64,000 bases of DNA. It comes from a candidate division WOR-3 bacterium. GTDB lineage: Bacteria; Hydrothermota; 32-111. The notes beneath the pieces are model-generated. The model did no database searches and had not been told where the DNA came from. It was given only the letters and a program-made list of their open reading frames with translations. Where the stretch lies: assembly GCA_039804105.1 (NCBI GenBank), contig JBDRZU010000001.1, forward strand, positions 288,001-352,000, read 5' to 3'. Shown in pieces: positions 1 through 11,170 of this stretch; the first letter of the stretch is position 1; every line of letters starts with the position of its first letter. The position numbers and the translations under genes are program-made.

Positions 1-883
1 CACCTATTCCAGTTCCTGCTCCTCCATAAGGTTCAAGTGCTGATGGATGATTATGAGTTTCAACTTTAAAACATATATTATGATATTCATCGAATTTTAC
101 TATGCCTGCGTTATCAGAAAAAAGGGATACAGTGTCCGGATGATTTATTTTGTAACTCGCTTTCATTATTGTTTCTTTGAATAGATTTTTTATCTTTTTA
201 TTTTTATATTTGAAAGGTGATTTAAAAGTTTTATGAACACAATGCTCAGACCATGTTTGAGCAATAGTTTCAAGTTCTATGTCCGTTGGTTTTCTTTTGA
301 GTTTTTTGTAAAAGTAATCCTTTATGACTTCCATTTCCTTTAAATTGAGCGATAAAAACATATCTTTTGATAATTTCTCAAGATCACAATCAAGATCGAT
401 ATACTTTATTTCAAACTCTTGAATTTTTTTCTGGATTTTATTCTTCTCCCTGAATTCTCCAACCTGTTCAACAAGAGGATTAAAATATCTATTCTTTAAA
501 AATCTTATAATACTTTCTTTATCTACTTTTTCTTCTGAAAAAAAGTAAAACCTTCTTATCGTTTTCACATTTTCCACTTCAAAAGATGATTTTAGAAGGT
601 AATTTTTGAGGGTTTCACCAGCAGGATCCATTACTCCATCTTTATAGTATATATCAATAAAAAATGAATTTTCAAAAGGATGATCTGGATGTATATAAAT
701 TTCATCTGTGATTGAATCTACTAGGAGATCTTGTAAAAAATTTAGATCTATGTCCCTATCAAAAAAATAGAGATTCGAAGTTCGAACTTTTTCAATCCTC
801 AAATGTCTTTTTTTCATCTCATTCTTTATTATAAGACCAAGTGAATCATAACTATCATTTTTGGGAACAATTTCTAATATCAT
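1..883 (-). CDS. purL: Phosphoribosylformylglycinamidine synthase PurL with N-terminal PurS-like domains (5' part only; runs off the window start; not in the ORF track)
   Basis: Manual translation from ATG at 883 (ATGA overlap with the upstream stop) gives MILEIVPK...KDGVMDPAGETL...YFNPLVEQ...PTDIELETIAQTWSEHCVHKTF...FKVETHNHPSALEPYGGAGTGIG; WSEHC and ETHNHPS are PurL signatures. Confidence 0.93.
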   Translation of the reverse strand, partial: MILEIVPKNDSYDSLGLIIKNEMKKRHLRIEKVRTSNLYFFDRDIDLNFLQDLLVDSITDEIYIHPDHPFENSFFIDIYYKDGVMDPAGETLKNYLLKSSFEVENVKTIRRFYFFSEEKVDKESIIRFLKNRYFNPLVEQVGEFREKNKIQKKIQEFEIKYIDLDCDLEKLSKDMFLSLNLKEMEVIKDYFYKKLKRKPTDIELETIAQTWSEHCVHKTFKSPFKYKNKKIKNLFKETIMKASYKINHPDTVSLFSDNAGIVKFDEYHNICFKVETHNHPSALEPYGGAGTGIG

Positions 884-1761
884 TTTTCCTCCAGATTATC
901 AAACTCCTGAATGAAACAGTTTTCAAGACCTAACATGTTTGCGTAATCAACAATCTCTTCATATTCTTCAACATAAACTTTTCTTTTTAATAAAAGATCA
1001 TCAAGTGCCTTAAAGTATGGTGTATATTGTGCCATCAAAGAAAGAGAAATTTCTCCACCAAAGTTATCAAAGCAAAATTTGATAATCTCTTTCATCTCTC
1101 TTACCTTACCTGGCAATAAAAGTATTCTTATGATCAATCCTTTTTGTGCATATCCGTCTTTGTCAACTTTTAAATATCCCTTCTGTTTAAAAAATTTTTT
1201 GATGTTTTTAAAGACAATTGAAATGTAGTTATCAACAGAAGAATATTTTTTCGCATCATTATCGTTAGAGTATCTTATATCAGCAAGATATACATCAACT
1301 ATTTCATCCAAAAAATCGACAACATCAGGATTTTCATAGGAAGATGTGTTCCAAACGATTGGAATTTTCAATTTTATGCCTTTTATTTCTTTTACAACAT
1401 TATATATGTGATAAGAATAATGTGTTGGAGTGACAAAATTTATATTTCTTGCTCCCCTTTTCTGTAAATCAAGTATTGCCTCTTTTAACCCATATTCATC
1501 AGTAATGTTTCCAACTCCAAGTTGTGATATTGGATAGTTCTGACAGTATATACATTTCATAGAACAGTTTGAAAAGAAGATCGTTCCAGAACCATCAGTC
1601 CCCGAAATTGGTGGTTCTTCTCCAAAATGGAGATTTTTCGATGCGATTTTGATTTTATGGTCAGCATTACAGATACCTGTTTCTCCTTTATATCTTTTGG
1701 CACCACACATGTTCCCACAAAGGAAACACCTATCGATGTAAAAATTTTTTAAATGGTTCAT
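880..1761 (-). CDS. Radical SAM protein, PflX-like (pyruvate formate-lyase activating enzyme-related)
   Basis: CSMKCIYC radical SAM motif, N-terminal CxxCxxxC, HFGEEPPISG, NFVTPTH, SLMAQYTP. Confidence 0.85.
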   Translation of the reverse strand: MNHLKNFYIDRCFLCGNMCGAKRYKGETGICNADHKIKIASKNLHFGEEPPISGTDGSGTIFFSNCSMKCIYCQNYPISQLGVGNITDEYGLKEAILDLQKRGARNINFVTPTHYSYHIYNVVKEIKGIKLKIPIVWNTSSYENPDVVDFLDEIVDVYLADIRYSNDNDAKKYSSVDNYISIVFKNIKKFFKQKGYLKVDKDGYAQKGLIIRILLLPGKVREMKEIIKFCFDNFGGEISLSLMAQYTPYFKALDDLLLKRKVYVEEYEEIVDYANMLGLENCFIQEFDNLEEK

Positions 1762-2743
1762 AATTTTTCAATCTATCAACGATTTTACTTTCTGCCGCAA
1801 ATTTCCACATCTCCTTTTCACCGAGGAGTATCGCTTCTTCTGATTTATAGAAATCAAAATGTTTTATCGATGTCATATCAGGTTGAATCAAAAAATCTGG
1901 TTTATCAAAATTCAACCTGAAATTCGCAAGATTTGACTCCGCTATCATAAATGTTTGTGATAGAACATCCATTATGTTCAGTTTGTCATTCAGGTTTAAA
2001 AGTGAACCTAAAATTTTTGCTTTTTTTTCGATTGTTTCAATCTCCTGTTTTATAAAAATTTTTAATTTTTCATTAAAATTTGTAGCTTGATCAACTTTTT
2101 GTATCTGGTAGTTTTCAGTTCTTTCGACCATAGGAAAATCAGCACATTTACATTTTAGAACAGGAGTATGAAGAACATTTACAGCTATTACTACATCAGC
2201 ACCTAACCTTCTACATAAAGATACCGGCACAGGATTCACTAAACCTCCATCAACAAGCGCATAATTTTTTAACATTTTTGGAGTTATGATTCCGGGTATC
2301 GAAATCGATGCACGCACAGCATCCCTTAAAAATCCCTTTGTGAAATTCAACTCTCTGCCATCGATAATGTTACATGCTACACAACCAAATGGAATCTTTA
2401 ACCTGTCAAAAGTATCAACTGGAAGCAACGAATCGATATATCTATTTAAAATTTCTCCATTGACAAGTCCAGCTCCATCAAACGTGATTTTAAAAAGTTT
2501 TTTTACCTCTTTTTTATCTATTTTGTTTGCAAGGTCTTCAATATCTTTTGCAAGATAACCTGAAGCGTATAAGGCACCAACGAGTGCTCCCATAGAAGTT
2601 CCTGCGATTACATCAGGTTTGATTTTCAATTCTTCAAGAACTTTTAAAACACCAATATGAGCATAACCTTTTGCAGCACCAGAACCAAGAGCAAGTCCGA
2701 TTTTAGGTTTTTTGTTTTTGAATCCCATAAATCCCATATTCAC
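1730..2743 (-). CDS. Patatin-like phospholipase (NTE/RssA family)
   Basis: GSGAAKG oxyanion loop, GTSMG nucleophile motif, DGG motif. Confidence 0.9.
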   Translation of the reverse strand: MNMGFMGFKNKKPKIGLALGSGAAKGYAHIGVLKVLEELKIKPDVIAGTSMGALVGALYASGYLAKDIEDLANKIDKKEVKKLFKITFDGAGLVNGEILNRYIDSLLPVDTFDRLKIPFGCVACNIIDGRELNFTKGFLRDAVRASISIPGIITPKMLKNYALVDGGLVNPVPVSLCRRLGADVVIAVNVLHTPVLKCKCADFPMVERTENYQIQKVDQATNFNEKLKIFIKQEIETIEKKAKILGSLLNLNDKLNIMDVLSQTFMIAESNLANFRLNFDKPDFLIQPDMTSIKHFDFYKSEEAILLGEKEMWKFAAESKIVDRLKNYEPFKKFLHR

Positions 2744-2744
2744 C

Positions 2745-4286
2745 TCAATGTTTAAAATGTCTTACATTTGTGAACACCATCGAAATCCCATATTCGTTAC
2801 ACGCTTCGATAACCTCTTGATCTTTGATCGAACCACCTGGTTGAACTATAGCGTATATTCCCTCTTTTGCTATCAAATCTATTGAATCTCTGAACGGGAA
2901 AAAACCATCGGATGCAAGTGCAGAACCACCTGTATATGCTGCCATTCCACCAGCTTTTTTCAGTGCAATTTCGACAGCATCAACTCTTGATGTTTGTCCC
3001 CCAGATATACCCATAGTTCTATTCGGTGTAGCAACAACTATTGCGTTTGATTTTACAAATCTGACAACTTTCCATCCAAAATATATCGCAGCCCATTCTT
3101 TTTCTGTTGGCCTTTTTTCTGTAACAACCTGAAATAGGGACGAATTGTCCTGAATGTTATCCTTGTTTTGAACAAGATAGCAACCTGTTAATGATCTTAA
3201 TTCTATTTCTTTCTTTATATCTATTTCTCCTTCAACTATTCTTAAATTTTTCTTTTTTGATAAGATCTTTAAAGAATTCCCGGAAAACGAAGGAGCATAG
3301 AGAACTTCCATAAAAAGAGGGCTTATCATTTCTGCTGTTTCTTCATCACATTCTCTGTTTAAAGCGATTATTCCACCAAAAGCGGATTTCGGATCAGAAA
3401 TGTGTGCATACTGAAAAGCATCTGAAATTGTCTCTCCAATTCCAACTCCACAAGGATTACAGTGCTTAATTATTGAGCAAGCAGGTTGTTCAAATGATAG
3501 GGAAATGTTTATGGCAGCATCAAGATCGAGATAATTGTTAAACGACATTTCTTTCCCCTGGATCACTCTTAAATCTGCAAGAGTTCTGTTCGAACCACTC
3601 ACCACATACAGAGAACCTTTTTGATGTGGATTCTCTCCATATCTTAAATCTGATTTTTTCTTTAAAATCAGATTCAAATTGTTCGGTAACATCGATTCAT
3701 TCTGATTTATGATACTAAAAAATTTGAATATCGTTGAATCGTATTCGACAACTCTGTTAAACGCTTTTTGCGCAAGAAGTGAAAGTGTTGATTCTGTAAT
3801 TGAACCATCGTTTTCTTCTATATGTTCCGCAATATTTTTATAGTCATTTTTATCAACGATTACTCCTACAAATTTATAGTTTTTTGCAGCGGCTCTTATA
3901 AGAGAAACTCCTCCTATATCAATTTTTTCGATCAAATTTTCAAGATCTTCAACTGGATTCTTTGAATTTTTAAAATTTTCTTCAAATGGATAAAGATCAA
4001 CAACAACAAGATCAAAAAGGACCTTTACTTTTGAAATATCATCTTTATCTCTTCTCGCAAGTATCCCGGCGAAAAGATCTGTATTTAGTGTTTTAACTCT
4101 TCCACCAAGAAGTTCGCTTATTCCAGTAATTTCTTCAGTTTCGGACACATCATAGCCGAGTGTTTTTATATATTTTGCTGTTGAACTTGTTGCGTATATT
4201 TTTACTGAATATTTTTTTAGAGTATCGAGTAAATTTTCGATGCCATCTTTGTTATAAAGTGAAATTAAAGCATTTTTTATTTTCAT
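2745..4286 (-). CDS. purH: Bifunctional AICAR transformylase/IMP cyclohydrolase
   Basis: GGRVKTL, IDIGG, RAAAKN, LRYGENPHQ, KHCNPCG, KSNA, ASDGFFPFRD, C-terminal RHFKH. Confidence 0.97.
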   Translation of the reverse strand: MKIKNALISLYNKDGIENLLDTLKKYSVKIYATSSTAKYIKTLGYDVSETEEITGISELLGGRVKTLNTDLFAGILARRDKDDISKVKVLFDLVVVDLYPFEENFKNSKNPVEDLENLIEKIDIGGVSLIRAAAKNYKFVGVIVDKNDYKNIAEHIEENDGSITESTLSLLAQKAFNRVVEYDSTIFKFFSIINQNESMLPNNLNLILKKKSDLRYGENPHQKGSLYVVSGSNRTLADLRVIQGKEMSFNNYLDLDAAINISLSFEQPACSIIKHCNPCGVGIGETISDAFQYAHISDPKSAFGGIIALNRECDEETAEMISPLFMEVLYAPSFSGNSLKILSKKKNLRIVEGEIDIKKEIELRSLTGCYLVQNKDNIQDNSSLFQVVTEKRPTEKEWAAIYFGWKVVRFVKSNAIVVATPNRTMGISGGQTSRVDAVEIALKKAGGMAAYTGGSALASDGFFPFRDSIDLIAKEGIYAIVQPGGSIKDQEVIEACNEYGISMVFTNVRHFKH

Positions 4287-5326
4287 AATGACTCCTTCAA
4301 TTTTTCTGCAATTATAGCTGATGCGTTTCCCTTTCCATAAAAAAATTTATATTTTTTGAATTTAAATTTTTTTTCAACATTTTCGTCAACTATTTCCCCA
4401 AAAGGTGATAAAATGTTATAACCTGATTCAACCGTCTCTTGCCATTCGGTTTCATTCCTGAGAGTTATACAAGGTTTTTTTGTAAAGTATGCTTCCTTCT
4501 GCAATCCTCCGGAATCCGTTATAACGATTCTACAATTTTTTAATAAAAAAAGTGTTTCAAAATAACCAATAGGATCAATAAATTCAATATTTTTATAGAT
4601 TCTTTCATCGGAAAGCACATTTTTTGTTCTTGGATGAACAGGAAAAATTATTTTATAATTTAACCTCGAAACATTGTTTAGAATTTTTTTTAAAATCTCT
4701 TTTTTTGTATTCGATTCTCTGTGAATAGTTAATAGAGCGAAATCCTTATTCTCGATTTTTTTTTTCAAATCTTTACTGACTTTCTTTTCCACATCCTTTT
4801 CAAGCATCAAAAAAAGATCGTACATCACATCTCCTGAAAAAATACCCTTTAACCCTTCCTTTTTCAAATTAGAAATGGCAAGTTTCGATGGTGCAAAAAG
4901 ATAATCTGACACTCTATCGGTAACAATCCTGTTGATCTCTTCAGGCATATAAATGTTTTTGCTTCTAAGCCCCGCCTCTATATGAACAAGAGGTATGCAG
5001 AGTTTTGAAGTTGTTATGGCACCAGCAAGTGTTGTGTTTGTATCTCCATAAACTATTACTCCCGATGGCTTTTCTTTCTGGAGAACTTCTTCAAATTTCT
5101 CCATTATTTCACCAGTTTGTTGTGAATGCGTTTTCGATCCAACACCAAGATTGTTATTAGGAACAGGGAGTCTTAAAGATTTAAAAAATATTTCCGACAT
5201 ATTGAAATCATAATGTTGCCCGGAATGAACAAGTACGATTTTAAAATATTTTTTTAAATGTATGTTAACTGGAGCGTGTTTTATAAACTGTGGTCTTGCT
5301 CCTAAAAGAACTACAATTTTTTTCAT
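4283..5326 (-). CDS. wecB: UDP-N-acetylglucosamine 2-epimerase (non-hydrolysing)
   Basis: GARPQFIK, HSGQHY, GDTNTTLAG, HIEAGLRS, PEEINR, TDSGGLQKEA. Confidence 0.93.
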   Translation of the reverse strand: MKKIVVLLGARPQFIKHAPVNIHLKKYFKIVLVHSGQHYDFNMSEIFFKSLRLPVPNNNLGVGSKTHSQQTGEIMEKFEEVLQKEKPSGVIVYGDTNTTLAGAITTSKLCIPLVHIEAGLRSKNIYMPEEINRIVTDRVSDYLFAPSKLAISNLKKEGLKGIFSGDVMYDLFLMLEKDVEKKVSKDLKKKIENKDFALLTIHRESNTKKEILKKILNNVSRLNYKIIFPVHPRTKNVLSDERIYKNIEFIDPIGYFETLFLLKNCRIVITDSGGLQKEAYFTKKPCITLRNETEWQETVESGYNILSPFGEIVDENVEKKFKFKKYKFFYGKGNASAIIAEKLKESL

Positions 5327-6279
5327 AACGAATAGAGTTCTTTTTCAAGATTTTGGATAGTTTTTTCAAGTGTATCCCTTGATTTTCCACCGGCAGCATA
5401 ATAGTGGCCACCACCTTCAAACTTTCTTGCGAAAAGATCTGCGTTGTACTTTTCGATTTTGCTTCTGAAAGAAATTCTGATATTTCCTTCTTCTTCAGTT
5501 AACAAAACAGCGAATCCAACACCTTTAATTTTTAAAAGTTCGTTCACTATTCCATCAGTGTATTCTTTTTTTGATTTCAACTCATCAAAATCTGATAGTT
5601 TTATGTAAGAATAAACTTTATCATCAATAAATTTTATTCTGTCAATTACTCTTGATATGAGTTTGATCTTTGCAAAAGGACGGGACATAAAAACTTCGTT
5701 TGAAATTTTTTGCCTCTCAGCCCCTTCATCTATAAGTTTTGATGCGATTTTGAATGTTTCTGAGTTTGTGTTTTCAAACATAAAATTTCCTGTATCTGAA
5801 ACAATACCGGTGTACAAAGCGTTACAAATATTTGTATCAAACTTGATATTCATTCTTCTCAAAAGTTTGAACACTATCTCAGCTGTAGAACTTGAATACA
5901 CATCTATAAGATTTTCGTGTCCAAAATTTTTATTCGAATCATGATGATCTATATTGATAAGAAAAATATTTTTTTGTAAAAGTTCAAGTAAATATTTTTC
6001 TATCCTTTCACCGGGTCTTGCAAGATCGGACATATCAAGTGTAATAACAAGATTAAATTTTTTTTCTAATGGAATCTCTTTTTTTATGAACTCACTCCCT
6101 TTTAAAAAAAGAAAGGTTTCAGGGACATCGTCCTCATTCAAACAGAAAACATCTTTTTTGATCTTTTTTAAAGCGAGTATGAGGCCTATCTGGGAACCAA
6201 TAGAATCACCATCTGGTCTTTTATGGGAAACTATCAAGATTCTTCTTGCTGATTTAATCTTCTCTATTATCTTCTTCAT
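5323..6279 (-). CDS. nrnA: DHH-family phosphoesterase (NrnA-like nanoRNase/pAp phosphatase)
   Basis: HKRPDGD, IDHH, GIVSDTG, SFRS, GGGH..AAG; usual position downstream of rbfA. Confidence 0.88.
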   Translation of the reverse strand: MKKIIEKIKSARRILIVSHKRPDGDSIGSQIGLILALKKIKKDVFCLNEDDVPETFLFLKGSEFIKKEIPLEKKFNLVITLDMSDLARPGERIEKYLLELLQKNIFLINIDHHDSNKNFGHENLIDVYSSSTAEIVFKLLRRMNIKFDTNICNALYTGIVSDTGNFMFENTNSETFKIASKLIDEGAERQKISNEVFMSRPFAKIKLISRVIDRIKFIDDKVYSYIKLSDFDELKSKKEYTDGIVNELLKIKGVGFAVLLTEEEGNIRISFRSKIEKYNADLFARKFEGGGHYYAAGGKSRDTLEKTIQNLEKELYSL

Positions 6280-6607
6280 CTTTTAACTCTTGAAGTAGAT
6301 TTTCAATCCGCATTTGATATTCAAGTCCATCATCGTATTTGAATTTAATTTCGGGAGTTTTTCTTAAATTGATTTTTTCACTGATATGGCTCCTGAAAAA
6401 ACCTTTTGCTTTTTCAAGATGTAAAGGTATATAATCTTTCTTTTTATGTGCAATATAAAAGATTGTTGCATACTTTAAATCATCAGTTACTTCAACTCTT
6501 GTGAAAGTGATCAATTTCAATTTTGGATCCTTTATATACTCAAGTGAAATTGAAGCAACTTTCAAAATTTCAGATTCTATCCTTTTATGTCTTCGTTCAC
6601 TCACCAT
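6254..6607 (-). CDS. rbfA: Ribosome-binding factor A
   Basis: IKDP, VEVTDDLKYA, KAKGFFRS, LRKTPEIKF..D; follows infB and DUF503. Confidence 0.92.
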   Translation of the reverse strand: MVSERRHKRIESEILKVASISLEYIKDPKLKLITFTRVEVTDDLKYATIFYIAHKKKDYIPLHLEKAKGFFRSHISEKINLRKTPEIKFKYDDGLEYQMRIENLLQELKDEEDNRED

Positions 6608-6885
6608 ATTTCTATCTCACTTTTTATGATCATAACAAGTGGGTTCGAATCAATAAAATTTATAATTTCTTTTAACTGTCTATCGTTGAATTTGGTATCA
6701 TTGGAAACAATTGCAATACCTATTGTTGATTTTTTACAAGAATCGTTATCGTCAACTTCTGCAATCGATACGTTGTATCTGTTTTTAATTCTTTCAATCA
6801 AAGATTTGATAACTCTTCTTTTATCCTTTAAAGTTTGTGATTCTCTCATAAAAAGTTCTATTTTTGCTATTGTGACCTTCATCAA
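6601..6885 (-). CDS. DUF503 (YlxP-like) protein
   Basis: TLKDKRRVIKSL..R.KNRYNVSIAEV; conserved position between infB and rbfA. Confidence 0.88.
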   Translation of the reverse strand: MMKVTIAKIELFMRESQTLKDKRRVIKSLIERIKNRYNVSIAEVDDNDSCKKSTIGIAIVSNDTKFNDRQLKEIINFIDSNPLVMIIKSEIEIW

Positions 6886-9593
6886 TCTTTCTTTTCAACT
6901 TTTATGATACATTTAAAAATATCACCTTTTTCAATATCGTCGAAACCATCGAGTAAAACAGCACACTCGTAACCTGCCTCAACTTCTTTAACATCATCTT
7001 TAAATCTTTTCAATGTTTTTATAGGGTATGTTCCAATATCATTGCCGTTTCTTAAAATATTTATCATGGAATTTCGAACAATTTTTCCATCAATTACATA
7101 AAGTCCTGCGATCGTTCCCAGTTTTGAAATTTTAAACAGTTCTCTCACTTCTGCTGTTCCAATTATCTTGTTTTCGTAAACAACTTCTTTAAACGATTTT
7201 AATGCGTTTTTAACATCATCTATAACATCATATATAACATTGTATTGTTTTATAATGATACCTTCAGTTTTTGCTTTTATTCTTGCGTTTGGATCTATAG
7301 ATGTATCAAAAGCTATTATCATTCCCTTGGATGCTATCGCAGCATTGACATCATTTTCAGTCACGATTCCAACATCTTTCAACACAACATTAACAATCGC
7401 ATCTTCATTTGATAACATCTGTAATGAATCAGCAAGTGCCTCTATTGAACCATAGGCCTTCCCTTTTATGATTATATTTAACTCTTTCTTTTTCATTATC
7501 TCAAGTTGTTTTTCAAATCCATCAAGCGATGTTATTTCTCTTTTCTTCAAAAGTTGTTCTCTGTATGCAAAATACCTTTCACGTGCGATCTCTTTCGCGA
7601 TCTTTTCATTTTCCACAGTTGTTAAAATATCTCCAACTTCTGGTAATTCATTCGCTCCAACGATCATTATTGGAATTCCAGGAGTTGCCTTTTGAACTTC
7701 CTGTTTGAACTCGTTCAACATTTTTCTCACTTTTCCATAAACTTTTCCAACAACAAAAAAGTCATCCTTTTTCAAAGTTCCTTTTTGTATAATACAGTTG
7801 AATATAGCACCAAGTCCTTTATCCTGTTTTATCTCGATTACTGTTCCTTTAACCGTTCCCTCATAAGGTGCTTTAAGGTCGAGTAATTCGGCCTGTATAG
7901 CAATCGTTTCAAGAAGTTCTTCAACATTTTTTCCAGTTTTTGCAGAGATTGGAACAACAGGCACATTACCACCAAATTCATCTGGAACTACATTTATATT
8001 TAAAAGTTCTCTTTTGACTCTATTGATATCGCTTTCTGGAAGATCGATTTTGTTTATCGTAACAATAATTGGAACATTTGCTAATTTACAATGATTTATG
8101 GCTTCAATAGTTTGCGGTTGAACTCCATCGTTTGCAGCAATAACTATCACAGCAATATCTGTTATCTGTGCTCCCCTTGCTCTCATCGCTGTGAATGCTT
8201 CATGGCCTGGTGTATCAAGAATCGTTATTATTCCATGTTTTGTATTTACAGTATATGCACCAAGATCCTGTGTAATCTTTCCATACTCAGAATCAGCGAT
8301 TCTTGATTTTCTTAAATAATCTATCAAAGTTGTTTTCCCATGATCAACATGCCCCATTATTGTTATAACCGGGGGTCTTTTCAAAAGTTCATATTTTTCT
8401 TTTTCTTCCTCTTCCTCTTTTTTCGCTGTCTCTTCAATCTCAGGAGCTATCCTTTCAACATCATATCCAAACTCCATCAAAAGTAATGAGGCGGTTTCAA
8501 AATCTATCCTTTGGTTTATCGTAACCATCAAACCAAGTTCTATTCCTTTTTCGATTAACTCGACCGGATCTATGTTGATTCTATCAGCCAGATCTGAAAG
8601 AACAATAAAGTCGGAAATCGCTATTTTTTTTGTTTCCCCTTCCTCTTTAACCTCTTTTGGTTTTTCTTTATATTTTTTCTTATGCGATAATTCACCAGCC
8701 CTTATCGCTTTAATTGTTTTTTGTATTGATTTTTCAATAACTTTTTCATCGATTACCTTTTTCTTTTTTCCTTTTTTACCTTTTGTTATCTCTTCAGATG
8801 TTATGAATTTTTTTTCAGATTCGAAAATCGGTTTTACCTCTTCAAATTTGGGGTTTTGATAAGGTTTTCCTTTAAAATAGTTTTCTCTTTTATCTTTTCT
8901 TTCGTACCTCTCAAACTTCTTTTCAGCAGGGAACTGTTTCTTTTCTGTTGGGTGTTGCTCAGCTGGTTTCTGTTTTTCAATAGGTTCTCGTTTTTCTACT
9001 TCAACCTCTTCAAAAGTCCCCTTTTTATTTTCAGAAGCCACTTCTTCCTTGGCAACCTTTTCTTCTATTTTTTCAGGTTCTTTTAAAACAGTACTTTTTT
9101 CATTTTCATTGATTTTTTCAATTTTTTGTATTTTGAGTTTTTCTATATCTTGTATTTTTTCTTCTTTTTTTTCTTCAATCTTTTGCTCTTCTTGTTTTTC
9201 GATCTTTGGTTCCTCTTGAGTTGCACTTTCAATACGTGAGCACTTTCTCTTTGGTTTTTGAGGGATTTTTTCTTCTTCCTCCTCTTCTTCTTCCTCTTCA
9301 ATCTCTTTTACTACTTTTTCTTTTGTAGATTTTTTAGTAGTTCTTTTCGTTTTTGTTGTTTTTTCTGTTTCACTCTTTTCTTTTTCTTCACTTTTCTTTT
9401 TTTTCGCTTTACTCTTTTTCAATTCTTTGAAATATTCTGTTATTTCTTTCACAATTTCAACATCAAGAATCGTTTGTTCTTCATAACTTTTTTTATATTT
9501 CTTTTTAAGGTATGAAATTATATCTTTGCTACTAACTTTTATCTGATCAGCAAGTTCTTTAAGTAAAATCTCTTTCTCTTTTTTCTTAGGCAT
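6882..9593 (-). CDS. infB: Translation initiation factor IF-2
   Basis: [45 protein letters not shown]; long charged N-terminus. Confidence 0.98.
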   Translation of the reverse strand: MPKKKEKEILLKELADQIKVSSKDIISYLKKKYKKSYEEQTILDVEIVKEITEYFKELKKSKAKKKKSEEKEKSETEKTTKTKRTTKKSTKEKVVKEIEEEEEEEEEEKIPQKPKRKCSRIESATQEEPKIEKQEEQKIEEKKEEKIQDIEKLKIQKIEKINENEKSTVLKEPEKIEEKVAKEEVASENKKGTFEEVEVEKREPIEKQKPAEQHPTEKKQFPAEKKFERYERKDKRENYFKGKPYQNPKFEEVKPIFESEKKFITSEEITKGKKGKKKKVIDEKVIEKSIQKTIKAIRAGELSHKKKYKEKPKEVKEEGETKKIAISDFIVLSDLADRINIDPVELIEKGIELGLMVTINQRIDFETASLLLMEFGYDVERIAPEIEETAKKEEEEEKEKYELLKRPPVITIMGHVDHGKTTLIDYLRKSRIADSEYGKITQDLGAYTVNTKHGIITILDTPGHEAFTAMRARGAQITDIAVIVIAANDGVQPQTIEAINHCKLANVPIIVTINKIDLPESDINRVKRELLNINVVPDEFGGNVPVVPISAKTGKNVEELLETIAIQAELLDLKAPYEGTVKGTVIEIKQDKGLGAIFNCIIQKGTLKKDDFFVVGKVYGKVRKMLNEFKQEVQKATPGIPIMIVGANELPEVGDILTTVENEKIAKEIARERYFAYREQLLKKREITSLDGFEKQLEIMKKKELNIIIKGKAYGSIEALADSLQMLSNEDAIVNVVLKDVGIVTENDVNAAIASKGMIIAFDTSIDPNARIKAKTEGIIIKQYNVIYDVIDDVKNALKSFKEVVYENKIIGTAEVRELFKISKLGTIAGLYVIDGKIVRNSMINILRNGNDIGTYPIKTLKRFKDDVKEVEAGYECAVLLDGFDDIEKGDIFKCIIKVEKKD

Positions 9594-10890
9594 TATTTGA
9601 CTCCCTTTCTTTTAAATAATCCTTAGCACTTTTCATAATTTTTTCTGCTGTTTTCTTTCCAAAACCCTGTATATTTTCAAGTTCTTCTATCCCCTTTTCA
9701 ACTATCTCTTCAACACTTTTATAACCTGCTTTCACAAGATTTTCTTTCTGATTTTCTGTGATGTCCTTCAATTCATAAATTGGATTTATATCGGAACTTT
9801 TTCCAAGTTCATCTCTGAACTCACTCTCGGAAATAACCTGTAAATTCCAGCCCGTTAATCTTGATGCAAGTTTGAGATTCACCCCATCTTTTCCGATCGC
9901 TTTGTCTTTTGTGTCATCCTTTACAACAAGTTTCATTGTCTTCATATCTTCGTTTTTAAAAGCTCTAATAATGACCCCCGGAGATATTGCTCTTTGTGTA
10001 TACAGAGTGGGATCAGAGGACCATTGAATTATATCAATATGTTCGTTGTTCAACTCTCTAATTATTGTATGGATTCTTGAACCTTTAACTCCAACACATG
10101 CACCAACAGGATCGATTTTGTCATCAGTCGACATCACAGCAATTTTCGATCTTTTTCCAGGTTCTCTTGCAATACCTTTTATTACAACAGACCCCTCTTC
10201 TATTTCTGGAACTTCAAATTCTAAAAGCTTTTTAAGAAATTCATCAGATTTTCTTGATAAGAATATTTCTGGATCCTTATTGTTGTTCTTTTTAACTTCT
10301 ATGATAACGGCTTTTAGAAGTTTTCCCTGTCTAAAATTTTTTATCTCATCAGGAATCGCTTCATCAAAAGCCATTTTTGCATCCAATCTTGCAAGGTTTA
10401 CATAAACAAATCCCTTTGCTTTATCAATTTTTTTTATGTGTCCATTGACAAGCATCCCAACTTTCGCTGAGAACTCGTTAAATAAGGACTCTCTTTCTTC
10501 AGCAAGAACCTTAGTGTTGATGAGTTGTTTCATTCTGTTGATAGCACTTCTACCAACATCTTCAACTGAAAGTTCTTCCCAGAATTTATCACCGAGTTTT
10601 GCATTTTTCCTTGATTTCTCATCAGGGGCATTTTCTATTGCATCTTCCAAACTTATTTCAAGATTTGGTTCTTCAACATTTTCAACTATAATAAGACCCC
10701 TTTCAATTTTTATTTCTCCAGTTGCCTCATTGATCGTAACTTTATAATCACCATCCTCACCGTAATGTTTTTGAACAGCAAATTTAAGTGATTCTTCAAC
10801 AATTTTTAAAAGTTTACTTTTATCAATATTTTTTACAGCACTGATCTCCTTTATCGCTTCAATAATTTCCCTTTCTCTTTCTTTGTTCAC
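9586..10890 (-). CDS. nusA: Transcription termination/antitermination factor NusA (with C-terminal HhH extension)
   Basis: LEFEVPEI, AREPGKRSKIAV, DPVGACVG..GSRI, AIGKDGVN..LASRLTGW. Confidence 0.97.
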   Translation of the reverse strand: MNKEREREIIEAIKEISAVKNIDKSKLLKIVEESLKFAVQKHYGEDGDYKVTINEATGEIKIERGLIIVENVEEPNLEISLEDAIENAPDEKSRKNAKLGDKFWEELSVEDVGRSAINRMKQLINTKVLAEERESLFNEFSAKVGMLVNGHIKKIDKAKGFVYVNLARLDAKMAFDEAIPDEIKNFRQGKLLKAVIIEVKKNNNKDPEIFLSRKSDEFLKKLLEFEVPEIEEGSVVIKGIAREPGKRSKIAVMSTDDKIDPVGACVGVKGSRIHTIIRELNNEHIDIIQWSSDPTLYTQRAISPGVIIRAFKNEDMKTMKLVVKDDTKDKAIGKDGVNLKLASRLTGWNLQVISESEFRDELGKSSDINPIYELKDITENQKENLVKAGYKSVEEIVEKGIEELENIQGFGKKTAEKIMKSAKDYLKERESNNA

Positions 10891-10891
10891 T

Positions 10892-11170
10892 TTACCTCCT
10901 ATCTTTTTCTTCTCCTGGTGAAGAGACCTCTAAAACATAATTTTTTTCGAATATTTTTTCAACATCGAGTAGAACTTCAAACTCTTTGTGAAATTTTTCC
11001 AGATCTTTCACTGTTATTCCACCTTCTTTATCTAGAAAAATTCTTATATGAGGATTTATTGATTTTGAAACAAAAATTTTTACAAGTTTTATCTTTTGTT
11101 CAAGATAATCCTCTCTACTCAATAGTTTTTCTACAAGTGTTTTCACTTTTTCTTCTCTTTCTTCATACAT
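10892..11170 (-). CDS. rimP: Ribosome maturation factor RimP, N-terminal domain only (92 aa)
   Basis: IRIFLDKEGGITVKD and YVLEVSSPG signatures; directly upstream of nusA. Confidence 0.85.
   Translation of the reverse strand: MYEEREEKVKTLVEKLLSREDYLEQKIKLVKIFVSKSINPHIRIFLDKEGGITVKDLEKFHKEFEVLLDVEKIFEKNYVLEVSSPGEEKDRR

Noticed and set aside
9100..9430. Low-complexity (TTC/TTT)n tracts
   Set aside because: They encode the Glu/Lys-rich N-terminal region of IF-2 and are not an independent repeat element
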